Below are positions 19,131-29,266 of a stretch of 64,000 bases of DNA, in pieces. Below the pieces are notes generated by a model that made no database searches, was not told the origin of the DNA, and saw nothing but the letters and a program-made list of their open reading frames with translations. Made by a program: the position numbers and the translations under genes. The stretch's first letter is position 1; each line of letters opens with the position of its first letter. The stretch comes from a virus. The stretch spans positions 53,657-117,656 of the IMG/VR virus record IMGVR_UViG_3300017646_000001; one strand, given 5' to 3'.

Positions 19131-20246
19131 ATGCGCCGCGCCCGTCGTGAAAGAATCGACCGCGAACCCAGTCCTGGCCCGTCCAGCGATATGGTGAATC
19201 GCAAAAACGCCATCAGTAGCCTCGTTCCGCACTTTACGAATGAAGACGACGAGGAAGCTCAACCCAATTCCAAGGAAAGAAAGGTGAAAAAGGAATCCGC
19301 CCCCACCCCGCTGAAGCAGCCTGGATTCACGGATAACTGGCGCGTGGGCGAGCGCGTTTGGTGGACGCAAGATGGACGATTCTTTCAGGCCAAAGTAGTG
19401 CCGGACGACGAGAACGCGGAAATCGAGGACAACACCAACTTGGTAGGCCTGGAAGTTCAGCTGTACGACCCGGATTCCGCTACGTTCCGCGTCGTAGACG
19501 AGACCACCTTGTGGGCAATTGACGACCCCGATGCCGAATATCTGAATATGTTGGCTGTGGAGCTGGCAGATGAATTAATCACCCAAAACTCGTTGGGTGG
19601 CGTCACCGAATCCTGCGCGGACGATACTGCCCTAGCTTGGGTCTCATTGTCGGGGCCTGCCCGCCGTTTCAATTCCGAATCCGCTGCCGTGCGACACGCT
19701 GAAACCAATACTTCCAGCGTGTCGCCTCTTACCGCCTTATCCGACGGTCGGCAACATGTGGTAGTGAATCAAGCCGACGCGCACATTCTGCGCAAAATCG
19801 GCTTTAAGTCCGCTACCGCCGCTGTCACTGAAAGCCGTCAGCCTTTTCACGGCGATTACTTCCACTGGAAGGGCATCGTGACGTCGCTGGGTGCGAAAAT
19901 CACCACCGACCACAACATCTGCAAGGCTTACATCGGCAATACGTTAGTCGGCAAGTTTGACTCGTACGACCCCGACCCGAAGAAGGACTGGGTGGACGAA
20001 GAAGCTGCCGCCCGCGCTAAGGGCAAGAAAGAGCAGCAAGTGCGCCAGGGCAAGCTGGGTTCGCACGTTCAGGAGGACGTTGATGACACCTGGGAAGGTG
20101 GCTCTGGTTGGTACGTCCTGGACGGACGCGGCAACATCATTTCGCCTCAGTTCGACTCTCAATCCGACGCCGAAACCTACGCCGATGAACATGAGCCGGG
20201 CGGTGTCGTAGCATACGTCGAGTTCGGCGTATCTCAACCTGAATAA
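19131..20246 (+). CDS. Putative internal head protein (modular)
   Basis: VTES x2, VQED sites; shares small modules with 15712 ORF. Confidence 0.6.
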   Translation: MRRARRERIDREPSPGPSSDMVNRKNAISSLVPHFTNEDDEEAQPNSKERKVKKESAPTPLKQPGFTDNWRVGERVWWTQDGRFFQAKVVPDDENAEIEDNTNLVGLEVQLYDPDSATFRVVDETTLWAIDDPDAEYLNMLAVELADELITQNSLGGVTESCADDTALAWVSLSGPARRFNSESAAVRHAETNTSSVSPLTALSDGRQHVVVNQADAHILRKIGFKSATAAVTESRQPFHGDYFHWKGIVTSLGAKITTDHNICKAYIGNTLVGKFDSYDPDPKKDWVDEEAAARAKGKKEQQVRQGKLGSHVQEDVDDTWEGGSGWYVLDGRGNIISPQFDSQSDAETYADEHEPGGVVAYVEFGVSQPE

Positions 20247-20263
20247 CCCGGAACTACACTGAC

Positions 20264-21379
20264 ATGAAGACTCGATCCACCTTAGGGCAAGCCCCCCTGG
20301 CCGGTCATCGCCAGCTGTTCAAACTCACCGAAGCTAAAGCTGGCCGTGAGCGCGTGTTGGTCCAATATGGTGACTATGGCAACCAGCTCAAGGCCAGCCG
20401 CAAGACTCGCCCCACGTTGGAAGCTGGTTTGTACAAAATCACCGAGTCCATGGAAGGAATCTTCTACGAGAAGATCGAGCTTAACTCGGATGAGATCATC
20501 AAGTTCGAAGACCATCGGTTGGACGAAGTAGAAGCCGAAATCGACGGGTTTTGGGGCTTGGCTGAATCCTTCTCCGACATGGGTATTACGCACAAGCGTG
20601 GTGTGCTGTTGTTTGGTGCCCCAGGCATGGGCAAGACGTGCTTGCTTAAGCGGGTATCTGAATCCGCTATTGAAAAGGACATTGTGGTGTTCGTAGGTTC
20701 GCGCAACATGGGCGCTACCGTCCAAGGTTTGCGTGAATTCAAGGAAGTGGAGCCTACCCGCCGTACTCTCGTCATGATGGAAGACATGGACGAGATTTGC
20801 GCCTACAACGAACACGCCGTGTTGGAGCTGATGGACGGCGGCGACCAGATGAACGGCGTGCTGATTCTCGGCACGACCAACTATCCCGAACGCCTGCCAC
20901 CCCGCGTGATGCGCGCTGGCCGCTTTGACACCAAGCTCGAAGTTAAGGCGTTACCTATTGAAGGCCGCATCGCCTACTTCCAGCACAAGTTGTCCAAGGT
21001 GGAAAGCGCCGAGCGCATTCAGAAGATTGCCGAGATGACGGACGGGTTTTCGTTCGCTCAAATGCGTGAGCTGATCGCTTCCGCTTACTGCTATAAGCGC
21101 CCGCTGGAAGCCTCCATCGACCGTATTCGCCGTAACTTCAACGAGTCCGGCGTGCAGTACAGCACCGATCGCAGACTGAATCGGCTTATGGAAAGTAAAG
21201 GGCTAGACGCTCCACATTCGTCTGCAGCCTGGAAACAACAAGTACGCGAGAGCGGCTCTCAGCATATCACGCGCTCTCGGATTAACCCCCACGTGATCGT
21301 AGCCTATGACGGCAATGGACAGCTGCTGGGCCGTTTTAATGAGCGCTCCGGCGTGGAGCAATTCAGCCTCATTGTGTAG
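20264..21379 (+). CDS. AAA+ ATPase
   Basis: RGVLLFGAPGMGKT, MMEDMD, TTNYPERL, RAGRFD. Confidence 0.9.
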   Translation: MKTRSTLGQAPLAGHRQLFKLTEAKAGRERVLVQYGDYGNQLKASRKTRPTLEAGLYKITESMEGIFYEKIELNSDEIIKFEDHRLDEVEAEIDGFWGLAESFSDMGITHKRGVLLFGAPGMGKTCLLKRVSESAIEKDIVVFVGSRNMGATVQGLREFKEVEPTRRTLVMMEDMDEICAYNEHAVLELMDGGDQMNGVLILGTTNYPERLPPRVMRAGRFDTKLEVKALPIEGRIAYFQHKLSKVESAERIQKIAEMTDGFSFAQMRELIASAYCYKRPLEASIDRIRRNFNESGVQYSTDRRLNRLMESKGLDAPHSSAAWKQQVRESGSQHITRSRINPHVIVAYDGNGQLLGRFNERSGVEQFSLIV

Positions 21380-21387
21380 GAAACGAC

Positions 21388-21573
21388 ATGCAAATCAAAA
21401 CCCAGGACTCCGAGATCAAGCGAATCGTCGAGCAATCCGGCCTACAAGAGGCCGTGGGCGTTACCGCTCTGCCCGATATCAAGGCCAAGATCGAAGCCAA
21501 AATTCAGGACAAGGTGGACGTGCGCATCGACGAGTCGGGCGCAGCGGTGGTACGACGCGTGTTGCGCGGTTAA
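21388..21573 (+). CDS. Small head-module protein
   Basis: AGGA RBS, LQEA site, typical codon usage. Confidence 0.6.
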   Translation: MQIKTQDSEIKRIVEQSGLQEAVGVTALPDIKAKIEAKIQDKVDVRIDESGAAVVRRVLRG

Positions 21574-21580
21574 TCACATC

Positions 21581-21781
21581 ATGTTTAGCTGCTCCTGTTT
21601 GGAAGTGGAAGAAGTGGTAGAAGATACCTTGGAGGAGCTAGCACACGAAGGTATACGGGTGGCTATGACGGAAGACATAATCACCCGCATCGTGTGTAAC
21701 GGCGCGCTGCGCGGGGTCTACATCGATCCGTGCCCGGTCGGATACGGGTTCATTCATTTACAAAGCTGTACGCTCCACTAA
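21581..21781 (+). CDS. Hypothetical protein
   Basis: Fills gap in operon. Confidence 0.4.
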   Translation: MFSCSCLEVEEVVEDTLEELAHEGIRVAMTEDIITRIVCNGALRGVYIDPCPVGYGFIHLQSCTLH

Positions 21782-21818
21782 ACTATTCCCGTATCAGTTC
21801 ACGCGCGGGATCGCACGA

Positions 21819-22649
21819 ATGTATAAATTACGGCTGGACACCGACAACAACACCGTTGTTCTCACCACGGACGAGGGTGAAAAGGTGTATCGTCCGATCG
21901 AAGAGCCGGCTGTAGACTTGTACAACAAGCTAGCCGCGTTGGCTAAGACCGACCCTACTGCTGTGGTGTCTGAACTAGAAGCCAACGCAGAACTCGTACT
22001 GCCCGATCCCGAAGTCGGGTTCCAGGAACCGGAAGACGAAGTGGATGAGGAAGACCCCGATCAGACCGATCCGGATCGTCCCGATCACCAGTCCGCTCCA
22101 GAAGATGTAACGGAAGACATCAACCCGGATGCCGTGGGCAACTTCGAGGACTGGAAGCAGCAGCTCGGTCCGGACGCTGTGATTACCCAAGTAGACGCCA
22201 ACGGCGTTACCGCTTATACCGCCCGCGATTCTTCCGGCAAGGTACTGGGCACGTTCTCAGCCGATCAAAACGGAAACGGTGTAGGGATGAGCGTCCAGGA
22301 GGCGAGCGTGGGCCAGCCCGCTGACTTGGCCCGACTGCGCAAGGGAAGTCGCGTAGTGGTGCCTGCTTCTCAGCAAGACGCTTACGGTGAGCCCGGTCTC
22401 GTAATTGCTGTTGACCGCGCTGAGCTGAAAGTGCACGTCCAGTTCAAGAGCTACGACAGATGGGTCCGAGCGCGCGACGTCTTCTTGCCCGCCGTCAACG
22501 AGACGGAGGATGACTACTGGATGCAGTGGGGTGACGCTTTGAACTATCCTACTGAAGACACCCCTGAGTCTCAACATCCGCTGCACCGTTTGAACGTCGA
22601 TGCGGCTGTAGCTGAAGCCCTGTCTTTGATTCCTAAGGAATACCGATAA
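21819..22649 (+). CDS. Putative internal head protein (acidic, modular)
   Basis: VTED, VQEA, VNET sites; shared W-helix module; SH3/KOW-like segment. Confidence 0.6.
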   Translation: MYKLRLDTDNNTVVLTTDEGEKVYRPIEEPAVDLYNKLAALAKTDPTAVVSELEANAELVLPDPEVGFQEPEDEVDEEDPDQTDPDRPDHQSAPEDVTEDINPDAVGNFEDWKQQLGPDAVITQVDANGVTAYTARDSSGKVLGTFSADQNGNGVGMSVQEASVGQPADLARLRKGSRVVVPASQQDAYGEPGLVIAVDRAELKVHVQFKSYDRWVRARDVFLPAVNETEDDYWMQWGDALNYPTEDTPESQHPLHRLNVDAAVAEALSLIPKEYR

Positions 22650-24211
22650 TGAAACTCCATCGTGCCTTGCGCGAAGCCCTCGTGGCGAACGGTATCACCC
22701 TCAAGCGCGAGGGCGATGAAATCAAGCTGTACATCGACGGGACGATGGTAGCGGCTTACGCTGCTGAACAGACCAACGTCGAAACGATTTACCAAGATTT
22801 GCTTGGCATGGGTGTGGATGCTGCGCCTGAAACAATTCAGCGTCTGTTAACTGGTCAACTGACCGAACGCAAGTTTTTTTACACTGGAGAAACCCGCATG
22901 GGACAGCGTACCAACGCTTCGGGCCGCCACCGTGCGGTGAACGAAGCCCTCGACTTCCAAGCCGCTCTGGACGCCATCAAGCCCGAAGACGTGGCTGAAT
23001 ACGGCTACGAGTCGGGCGACGAGGTCATCGCCGACGCCGAAGGCACTCAAGCTCTTAAGAATGCTGCCAAAGACTATGCCGCCGTGATGGACGGCCAAGT
23101 GCTGGTGCACGTCGGCTCGGGTATCGGCTACTGGATCGACAAAGGCAAGGTCTGGGAAGGCGGTGGCGACCTGGGCCAAACCGCTATCCCCATTTCCGAC
23201 GCCCGCCTGGCTGCTGCCATGGTGATCGGTAATACCGACAGCGGTTTCTCGCATACCCCGTCGGGTGACGCCCGTCAATATAAGTCGCTGTCCGGCGGCG
23301 CAACTCAGGAGAGCAAGACCATGAAAGTACGTGCGCTGCGCGAATCTGCCGCCAAGAAGCTGGTGGCTCGTCGCCCCAGCCTGAAGATCTACCGTGAAGA
23401 CGAGCTGGACGGCCTGCCCAGCGATGAATACTACATCCTAGTCGTGCCCGACGCGTCTGACGAGGTCGAAGTTTCGTTCCATGACGGCGAGCTGTGCGTC
23501 GGTCCGTTCGACACTCCCGAAGACGCGGCACATGCCGTGGGCGACATGGATGGCGACGTCAATGTGGTGGACGCTGAAGGCAACCCCGTGTCGGCTGACC
23601 TCGAAGACGACGGCCTGGGCGGCGAGCCTGTCGTGCCGATGGAAGGCAAGCGCTCGCGCCGTACGGCGACTCGCCAAGAAAGCCGTCGTACCTCCTTCGC
23701 CAAGCTGGACGTGAAGAGCCTGCACGAGCAAGTGCGACGTGAAATCCAGGAAGCGGCCGACGAACTGGACATCGATACCACGATTGGCCACAACAAGGAC
23801 GGTTCGACCGATGGTGCGTCGGGCAACTACTCGGGCAACGGTGCGCCGCCCGCTTCGCAGCAGACCGCCCAGGACGCCGGTACCACCAGCCGTCTCGACG
23901 TGGATGCCGACCGTTTCCCTGAAAAGAAAGACGCTATCCCGGGTGCGGAAGTCCTGAACGATCCCGCCAAGGGTGGCATGGACTCGAACGACCAGGACCT
24001 GTCGGGCGCGGGTGACGGCAAGGGCGGCGTGCACCTGGAAAGCGTGGCTTCCAACGGCATCAGCTTCAAGCGCGGCAACATGGCGACGGTGTACGAAAAC
24101 GGCCGTCGTATCGATTCGGGCCTGATCGAATCGGTGTCGAAGGACGGCCTGACGCTGGAAGGCGGCGAGTTTTACCAATTCGCCAAGTTCGAAATCCGCA
24201 AGGTGCGCTAA
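22649..24211 (+). CDS. Putative prohead core/internal protein
   Basis: Strong codon bias; LREA, VNEA, LRES, IQEA sites; C-terminus paralogous to next ORF. Confidence 0.65.
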   Translation: MKLHRALREALVANGITLKREGDEIKLYIDGTMVAAYAAEQTNVETIYQDLLGMGVDAAPETIQRLLTGQLTERKFFYTGETRMGQRTNASGRHRAVNEALDFQAALDAIKPEDVAEYGYESGDEVIADAEGTQALKNAAKDYAAVMDGQVLVHVGSGIGYWIDKGKVWEGGGDLGQTAIPISDARLAAAMVIGNTDSGFSHTPSGDARQYKSLSGGATQESKTMKVRALRESAAKKLVARRPSLKIYREDELDGLPSDEYYILVVPDASDEVEVSFHDGELCVGPFDTPEDAAHAVGDMDGDVNVVDAEGNPVSADLEDDGLGGEPVVPMEGKRSRRTATRQESRRTSFAKLDVKSLHEQVRREIQEAADELDIDTTIGHNKDGSTDGASGNYSGNGAPPASQQTAQDAGTTSRLDVDADRFPEKKDAIPGAEVLNDPAKGGMDSNDQDLSGAGDGKGGVHLESVASNGISFKRGNMATVYENGRRIDSGLIESVSKDGLTLEGGEFYQFAKFEIRKVR

Positions 24212-24214
24212 GCC

Positions 24215-25264
24215 ATGGCCCTGGTGCAGTCTCGGGCTGGGGCTAAAGTCGGTGACTGGGTCAAAAGCACGGTCACCGGCTCTATAGGCCAAGTCGTCGA
24301 AGTCGATGCCCATTCTTATGGTATCGATACAGGCGACGACGAGCCCGAGTACGTGTACCACAACCAAGCTGTATTGCTGGACCCCGACAGCTTAGACATC
24401 AAGATGGTAGAAGCTCGCCATTCGGTAAGGGAAGAGATCGCTAAGGTGTCTTCCACCGTGTCTCGTGCTAATTCGGGGTATACTAACGGGGATTCGGGCG
24501 CGCACTATAACGCTCCCGTTCCTAACCAGCGCGCACAAGATGCTGGGCGCAGCCACGAGAACCTGTCGGTACATGCCGACCGCATTCCAGGCGAGCTGCC
24601 CGAAGAAATTGTAAGCCTGAACGTGAATCAGGCTCAACGCTCCAATACTCCTACCACGTTCGGTGAAAAAATGAAGAAGCCCCTCACTGCCCTCCAAATC
24701 GCTGCTGCCGCTGCGGCCACGCTGCGCGAATCCTTCGAGGCTTCCGATCCTGGTTTCAGTGGCCTTCCGGCCCTGTACTCCAAGAACGGCAAGCGGGGTG
24801 AAATGGATTACGCCGTGATCGTGTATGATCCGAGCGCTGATGTCGAAGCATTTCAGCTGGTTCTGCCCGATTTCGAGGCCGATGCGGAGGATCCGTTCGC
24901 CTACGGCGGCGACTTCAGCAACCACGATACGCTGTCGCGCGCTCTGGACCTGGCGCGCGGTATGGGTTACAAGTTCGACCCGGGCGCGGTGAGCCAGATG
25001 ATGAAGGTGTCGTCTGCTCGGAAGGAGAACAAGACCGCGACTCACCCTTTTCGCAAGCTACGCGAAAGTCGCGCTCGTCAGCAGGTGAACGAGGCTTCCA
25101 GCACTGTCGGCCTGTACGCTGGCCTGTTGGTGCGTGTGACTGAAACCAGTTCGGGCAAACGTGTCGACCAGGGCATCATCCAGAAGATGGAGCGGCAAGC
25201 TGTGATCCTGGCTGGTGGCGAACGCTACGAGCAATCCAAGTACACGTTCCTCAAGCTGGCCTAA
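24215..25264 (+). CDS. Putative prohead core/internal protein
   Basis: LRES x2, VNEA; AQDAG..ADR.P and C-terminal barrel shared with previous ORF. Confidence 0.65.
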   Translation: MALVQSRAGAKVGDWVKSTVTGSIGQVVEVDAHSYGIDTGDDEPEYVYHNQAVLLDPDSLDIKMVEARHSVREEIAKVSSTVSRANSGYTNGDSGAHYNAPVPNQRAQDAGRSHENLSVHADRIPGELPEEIVSLNVNQAQRSNTPTTFGEKMKKPLTALQIAAAAAATLRESFEASDPGFSGLPALYSKNGKRGEMDYAVIVYDPSADVEAFQLVLPDFEADAEDPFAYGGDFSNHDTLSRALDLARGMGYKFDPGAVSQMMKVSSARKENKTATHPFRKLRESRARQQVNEASSTVGLYAGLLVRVTETSSGKRVDQGIIQKMERQAVILAGGERYEQSKYTFLKLA

Positions 25265-25283
25265 TGGGTCGAACTCTTGGTGT

Positions 25284-25724
25284 ATGAATTCCGCCAAGAC
25301 GATCTGTTACGCCGCCTACGACGCTCGCCTCAACTCCCGTAGCGGTCTGTACGAATACCGATACTGGGAGTTGGGTGAGAGCGTCACCCTCCGCTCCACT
25401 CATCCTTTCTCTGCATCCGACGTCATTCAGATAGATTCCGTTCAGGAAGACTCTGTTGATGTCTCTGTTGTCACCGATCTATACCCCATGGTTCTGCACT
25501 CGTTAGCCTTCATGGCTCCGCGAGTTCCCCTGGACGCAGAGGACGACTTCGAGTTCACCCCGTATGGCTGCGACATTTTAGTGAACCGCTCCGTAGTAAA
25601 GGGCGGCAATAAAAGTTATATTACGTTGGCCGTAGTGCCAACTGATCGCATGTCTAACATCTGCGCCCGCCATACCCGAGTGCACGAGAACTTCAATTTC
25701 TTCATCAACGGGCGTAAAGCATGA
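25284..25724 (+). CDS. Hypothetical protein
   Basis: ATGA-coupled to portal gene. Confidence 0.55.
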   Translation: MNSAKTICYAAYDARLNSRSGLYEYRYWELGESVTLRSTHPFSASDVIQIDSVQEDSVDVSVVTDLYPMVLHSLAFMAPRVPLDAEDDFEFTPYGCDILVNRSVVKGGNKSYITLAVVPTDRMSNICARHTRVHENFNFFINGRKA

Positions 25725-27313
25725 AATTCCGTGACCTCCTCCCCAGCCGTCAGAATGTGAGCGCAGGTACGGGTGCTACCGACCAAAACCTGATTCGTCT
25801 AGCTGATGAAATGGGTTATAATCTGGTGAAGGAGCCCGCCACGGGCCGCATGGTACCCGTGCCGAAGGACATCGCACCAGGCGACATTCCCTCCGTCATG
25901 ACGCGATGGGACTCGATCTACGACATGAGCTTCTACTCGGCCGAAAACCGAGAGAAGCGCATCAAGATGTACGAACTAATGGACCGCTCTGGCGCAGAAG
26001 GTTCGGTCGTACTCGATGTTTACGCCGACGAGATCGTCAACATCACCGACAACTCGGATAAAGCGCTCCAAATTCAGATCAGTGGCGACGACGACTTGCG
26101 TGCTAAGATCATGCAGGTGCTGAACGCCAACGGCGTGATTGCTAACATGCGTCAAGATATTCGCATGATGTGCAAGGATGGCGATTGCGCTTACACCATT
26201 ACGCCGCGCCGAGGTTCTACCCTGCACCGTGTTGTGGAAACCGCCGCCAATGACGGCGTGAAAATCGACAACCCGTTGCGCCCCGAAGACATCACGTTGC
26301 ACTTTGCTCGTTCGGCTGAATACGAGTTAGCGGGATACCGCGACAAGATTTACAAGCTGCGTATCGAACGCGACGTGCTGGGTGGATTCAAGTACGACAT
26401 GGACGAATACATGCCGTGGGAATTCGCTCCGTTCATTATCATGGACCGCGAATGCTTCCCGTACGGCCGGTCCGTGCTGGAAAAGATGCGCATTCCGTTC
26501 GAGCAGTTAATGGTGCTCGAAAAGCTGCTCGCTGTGTCTCGCGCAAATTCCATCGACCGCGTGGCCGTTAAGGTTCCCGGCATGGGCGCGGATATCTCGT
26601 CCTTCATGGCTAAGGCCTCCCAGCTCAAGAATTCCCTCAAGACGTTGTTGCAAATGGGTTCGAATTCCCGTATGACGCGCAACCAAGACGTCGGCCTGAC
26701 TGAATGGCTGGTAGTGCCCAAGGAATTCGAGGTCTCCAAGCTGTCTACCGCCATCACGCTCGGTTCGCCAGACGACGTGATTTACTTCCGCGACAAGCTG
26801 TATAACGCTTCCCGCCTGCCCAAGGGCTTCTTCGTTTTGAGCGAAGGGAACAATACCCAGCGTCCGATGAGCTTGCGTCAGCAGGACCTGAAGTTCGCCC
26901 GTTCGCTCATTCCCGTTTCGGAAGCTTATTGCAACGGTCTGCGTCACCTTATCCTGCTGCTAGCCTTCTATCTGGGCGGCGACGTGTCCAAGATACAGGT
27001 GAAGGTTTCGCTGAAAAAGAGCCCCTATATTTCCAGCGATCTGCTTCAGACGCATAAAGACGTGTTGGACATGATTAATACGCACGCTACAATCCGTCAG
27101 CAGGTTGAAAAGGACTACGTGCCGTCCAAAAAGGATATTTTGGCCCTATTGGATATGGTAGGCGCGCCTGCGTCCCTCTTTTTCCCAGAAGACGCGCCGG
27201 AAGGGGACTTCGACGGTAATGCGTCTCAAACTTCCGGGCTATTTGAGCACACGCGTTCGGCCAATTCTTTATACGACTGCGTGCAGCAGAGCTTACGCTC
27301 CATTTTTGGATAA
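25721..27313 (+). CDS. Portal protein (T4 gp20-like)
   Basis: YELMD..LDVYADE, YGRSVLE, DDVIYFRDKLYNASRLPK, QQDLKFAR. Confidence 0.85.
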   Translation: MKFRDLLPSRQNVSAGTGATDQNLIRLADEMGYNLVKEPATGRMVPVPKDIAPGDIPSVMTRWDSIYDMSFYSAENREKRIKMYELMDRSGAEGSVVLDVYADEIVNITDNSDKALQIQISGDDDLRAKIMQVLNANGVIANMRQDIRMMCKDGDCAYTITPRRGSTLHRVVETAANDGVKIDNPLRPEDITLHFARSAEYELAGYRDKIYKLRIERDVLGGFKYDMDEYMPWEFAPFIIMDRECFPYGRSVLEKMRIPFEQLMVLEKLLAVSRANSIDRVAVKVPGMGADISSFMAKASQLKNSLKTLLQMGSNSRMTRNQDVGLTEWLVVPKEFEVSKLSTAITLGSPDDVIYFRDKLYNASRLPKGFFVLSEGNNTQRPMSLRQQDLKFARSLIPVSEAYCNGLRHLILLLAFYLGGDVSKIQVKVSLKKSPYISSDLLQTHKDVLDMINTHATIRQQVEKDYVPSKKDILALLDMVGAPASLFFPEDAPEGDFDGNASQTSGLFEHTRSANSLYDCVQQSLRSIFG

Positions 27314-27320
27314 AAAGATT

Positions 27321-27689
27321 ATGCAGCCCGCCCCTGCCGTGCGCCCCTCAATTCACTTTCGATACGACATTCGCTCCTCTTCGCGTGAGCAACGTGGTAA
27401 GATCTTGGAGCTGTATAGCGTTAAATTCAATCGCTTGATCCGTGAGTGTGACGCCGCCATCTTGAGCGCCGCTGACTATGACGATCTTCCCGCTATGCGG
27501 CGAGTGTTGGAACGATGCCCGCAGTTGCATCAGCTGCCCATCGCTGCGCTACATGCGCTATCCGAGCGGCGCGTCAAGTTATTAATGGACGCGGCCCCCA
27601 TGTTTAACGCGTGCGCTACGAACTACAAGGCCTACGTACTTCTCTCTTTGGGTGTACGCTCTAGCCATATTTCCGGAAACATCACATGA
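27321..27689 (+). CDS. Hypothetical protein
   Basis: Between portal and protease, ATGA overlap. Confidence 0.5.
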   Translation: MQPAPAVRPSIHFRYDIRSSSREQRGKILELYSVKFNRLIRECDAAILSAADYDDLPAMRRVLERCPQLHQLPIAALHALSERRVKLLMDAAPMFNACATNYKAYVLLSLGVRSSHISGNIT

Positions 27690-29116
27690 AAAAGCTGCTC
27701 ACTGAGTCGGCCTTGCGCGTCGGCAAGCAGGGTACCGCTCTGCAAGAATCGACTGGTCGGCCTGGGTATATCGTCGAAAGTGACGGGCAAGCGGGTCGTC
27801 CGTTGATCGTCAAGCTGCCGGTGACGACGCTGGATCAAAAGAATGAGAATGGCCGCACTTACTCTCGTTCGATCATGGAAGGCGCTATGCGCCGTACCAA
27901 GCCGGCCTTCGAATCGATGGAACTACTGTCCACCGCCGACGAGCACCCGGAAGAGCCGTACCCTACTCCGACGCGCGCTAGCCATGTGGTGATCGATTCT
28001 TGGTGCGAAAACGATGGCTACATGTGGAACAAGTGGCGCGTGCTAGATACGGCCAAGGGCCGCGATCTGCGCGCCCTGATCGAAGCTGGTGCCGCATTTG
28101 GCGTGTCCATTCGGGGTCTGGGCTCGATGGACAACTACGGCAACATCATGGACGATTACGAGTATTTGGGTACGGACTGCGTGGGGCAACCCAGCGCCCG
28201 TATCCGTACCGCGCCGCAACAAGTGTCCGAGAGCACGCGGCATCAACCCTCCCCTGCAGTACAGGAAAACACTACCATCAAGAAGGACGTCTCGGCCATG
28301 CAAACCGCCGCTCAGCTCAAAAAGCACCTGAAAGAACAAATCACTCTCGCCAAGACCGAGGCCCGCTCCGAAGCGTTCAAGCGCGTCATGAAGCTAGAGC
28401 AGGACCTGACCAACGCGTTGACCCAGACGGACGATCCGCGCGAAATCAGCTCGATGTTCACTGAGCTGGACGCCTTCAAGGAATCGCTCTTCGGCGGCGA
28501 AGGCAGCGCTCAGCCCCTGACTGAAGGCAAGCAAGGTGCGGCTCCGACCGAGCGCGAGAAGCAGCTGGAAGAGCAGCTCAAGCAGCTCAGCAAGAACTTC
28601 CGCACCAAGGTCACCGAGTTGGCTGAAACCTTCAAGCGCAGCCAGACCGGCCTGAAGAGCGCCCTCGAATCGGCTAACCGAAAGGCTACGCTGCAAGAGC
28701 GCCGTGCTCAGGCTGCAATCCGCAAGGCCAATGCCCTGTCGGAAGACAAGCGCCGTATTCGCGCTCAACTGGCTGAGTCGAAGCGCCTTGCTGCCGTGGC
28801 CGAGTCGAAGCGCGTCTCTGTGGCGCGAGAAGCTGTCAAGCTGCAGGAATCCTACAAGGCTGCTCGTCAAGTCGCCATCGAAACTACGGTGAAGTACAAG
28901 GAAGCCGTCCGCGTGGCCGCTCGCACCGTCAAGGAAGGCCTCAAGCGCCAATCCCAGGCTCCTGCGCTGCAGCAAGAAGCTCGTCAGCCGCGCCGTCCTG
29001 GTGTGGTGCGCACCGAAGCCGTGCATCGTGATGTGCGTCCCGCCGCTGATCAGCGCCCGCGCCACGTCACCGAAGCCAACCTGGACGGCACGACCAAGCT
29101 GCGCGGCTTCATCTAA
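27686..29116 (+). CDS. Prohead protease (T4 gp21-like) fused to coiled-coil scaffold
   Basis: KNENGRTY, EHP, SHV, GVSIRGLGS, DCVGQPS; long coiled-coil C-terminus with repeated xxES sites. Confidence 0.88.
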   Translation: MKKLLTESALRVGKQGTALQESTGRPGYIVESDGQAGRPLIVKLPVTTLDQKNENGRTYSRSIMEGAMRRTKPAFESMELLSTADEHPEEPYPTPTRASHVVIDSWCENDGYMWNKWRVLDTAKGRDLRALIEAGAAFGVSIRGLGSMDNYGNIMDDYEYLGTDCVGQPSARIRTAPQQVSESTRHQPSPAVQENTTIKKDVSAMQTAAQLKKHLKEQITLAKTEARSEAFKRVMKLEQDLTNALTQTDDPREISSMFTELDAFKESLFGGEGSAQPLTEGKQGAAPTEREKQLEEQLKQLSKNFRTKVTELAETFKRSQTGLKSALESANRKATLQERRAQAAIRKANALSEDKRRIRAQLAESKRLAAVAESKRVSVAREAVKLQESYKAARQVAIETTVKYKEAVRVAARTVKEGLKRQSQAPALQQEARQPRRPGVVRTEAVHRDVRPAADQRPRHVTEANLDGTTKLRGFI

Positions 29117-29266
29117 GCGCACCGCTGTGACGCTTTAGGGGAGAGGGACCTCGTTTCGGGGAACCTCTCCCCAGACTTAAAGATCTGCCTACTACGCTCG
29201 ATACCGCTATTCCGCTCGACCCGACTATCTGCTAGCAATATCTCCATTACTTCCCAGAGAAGCAAA

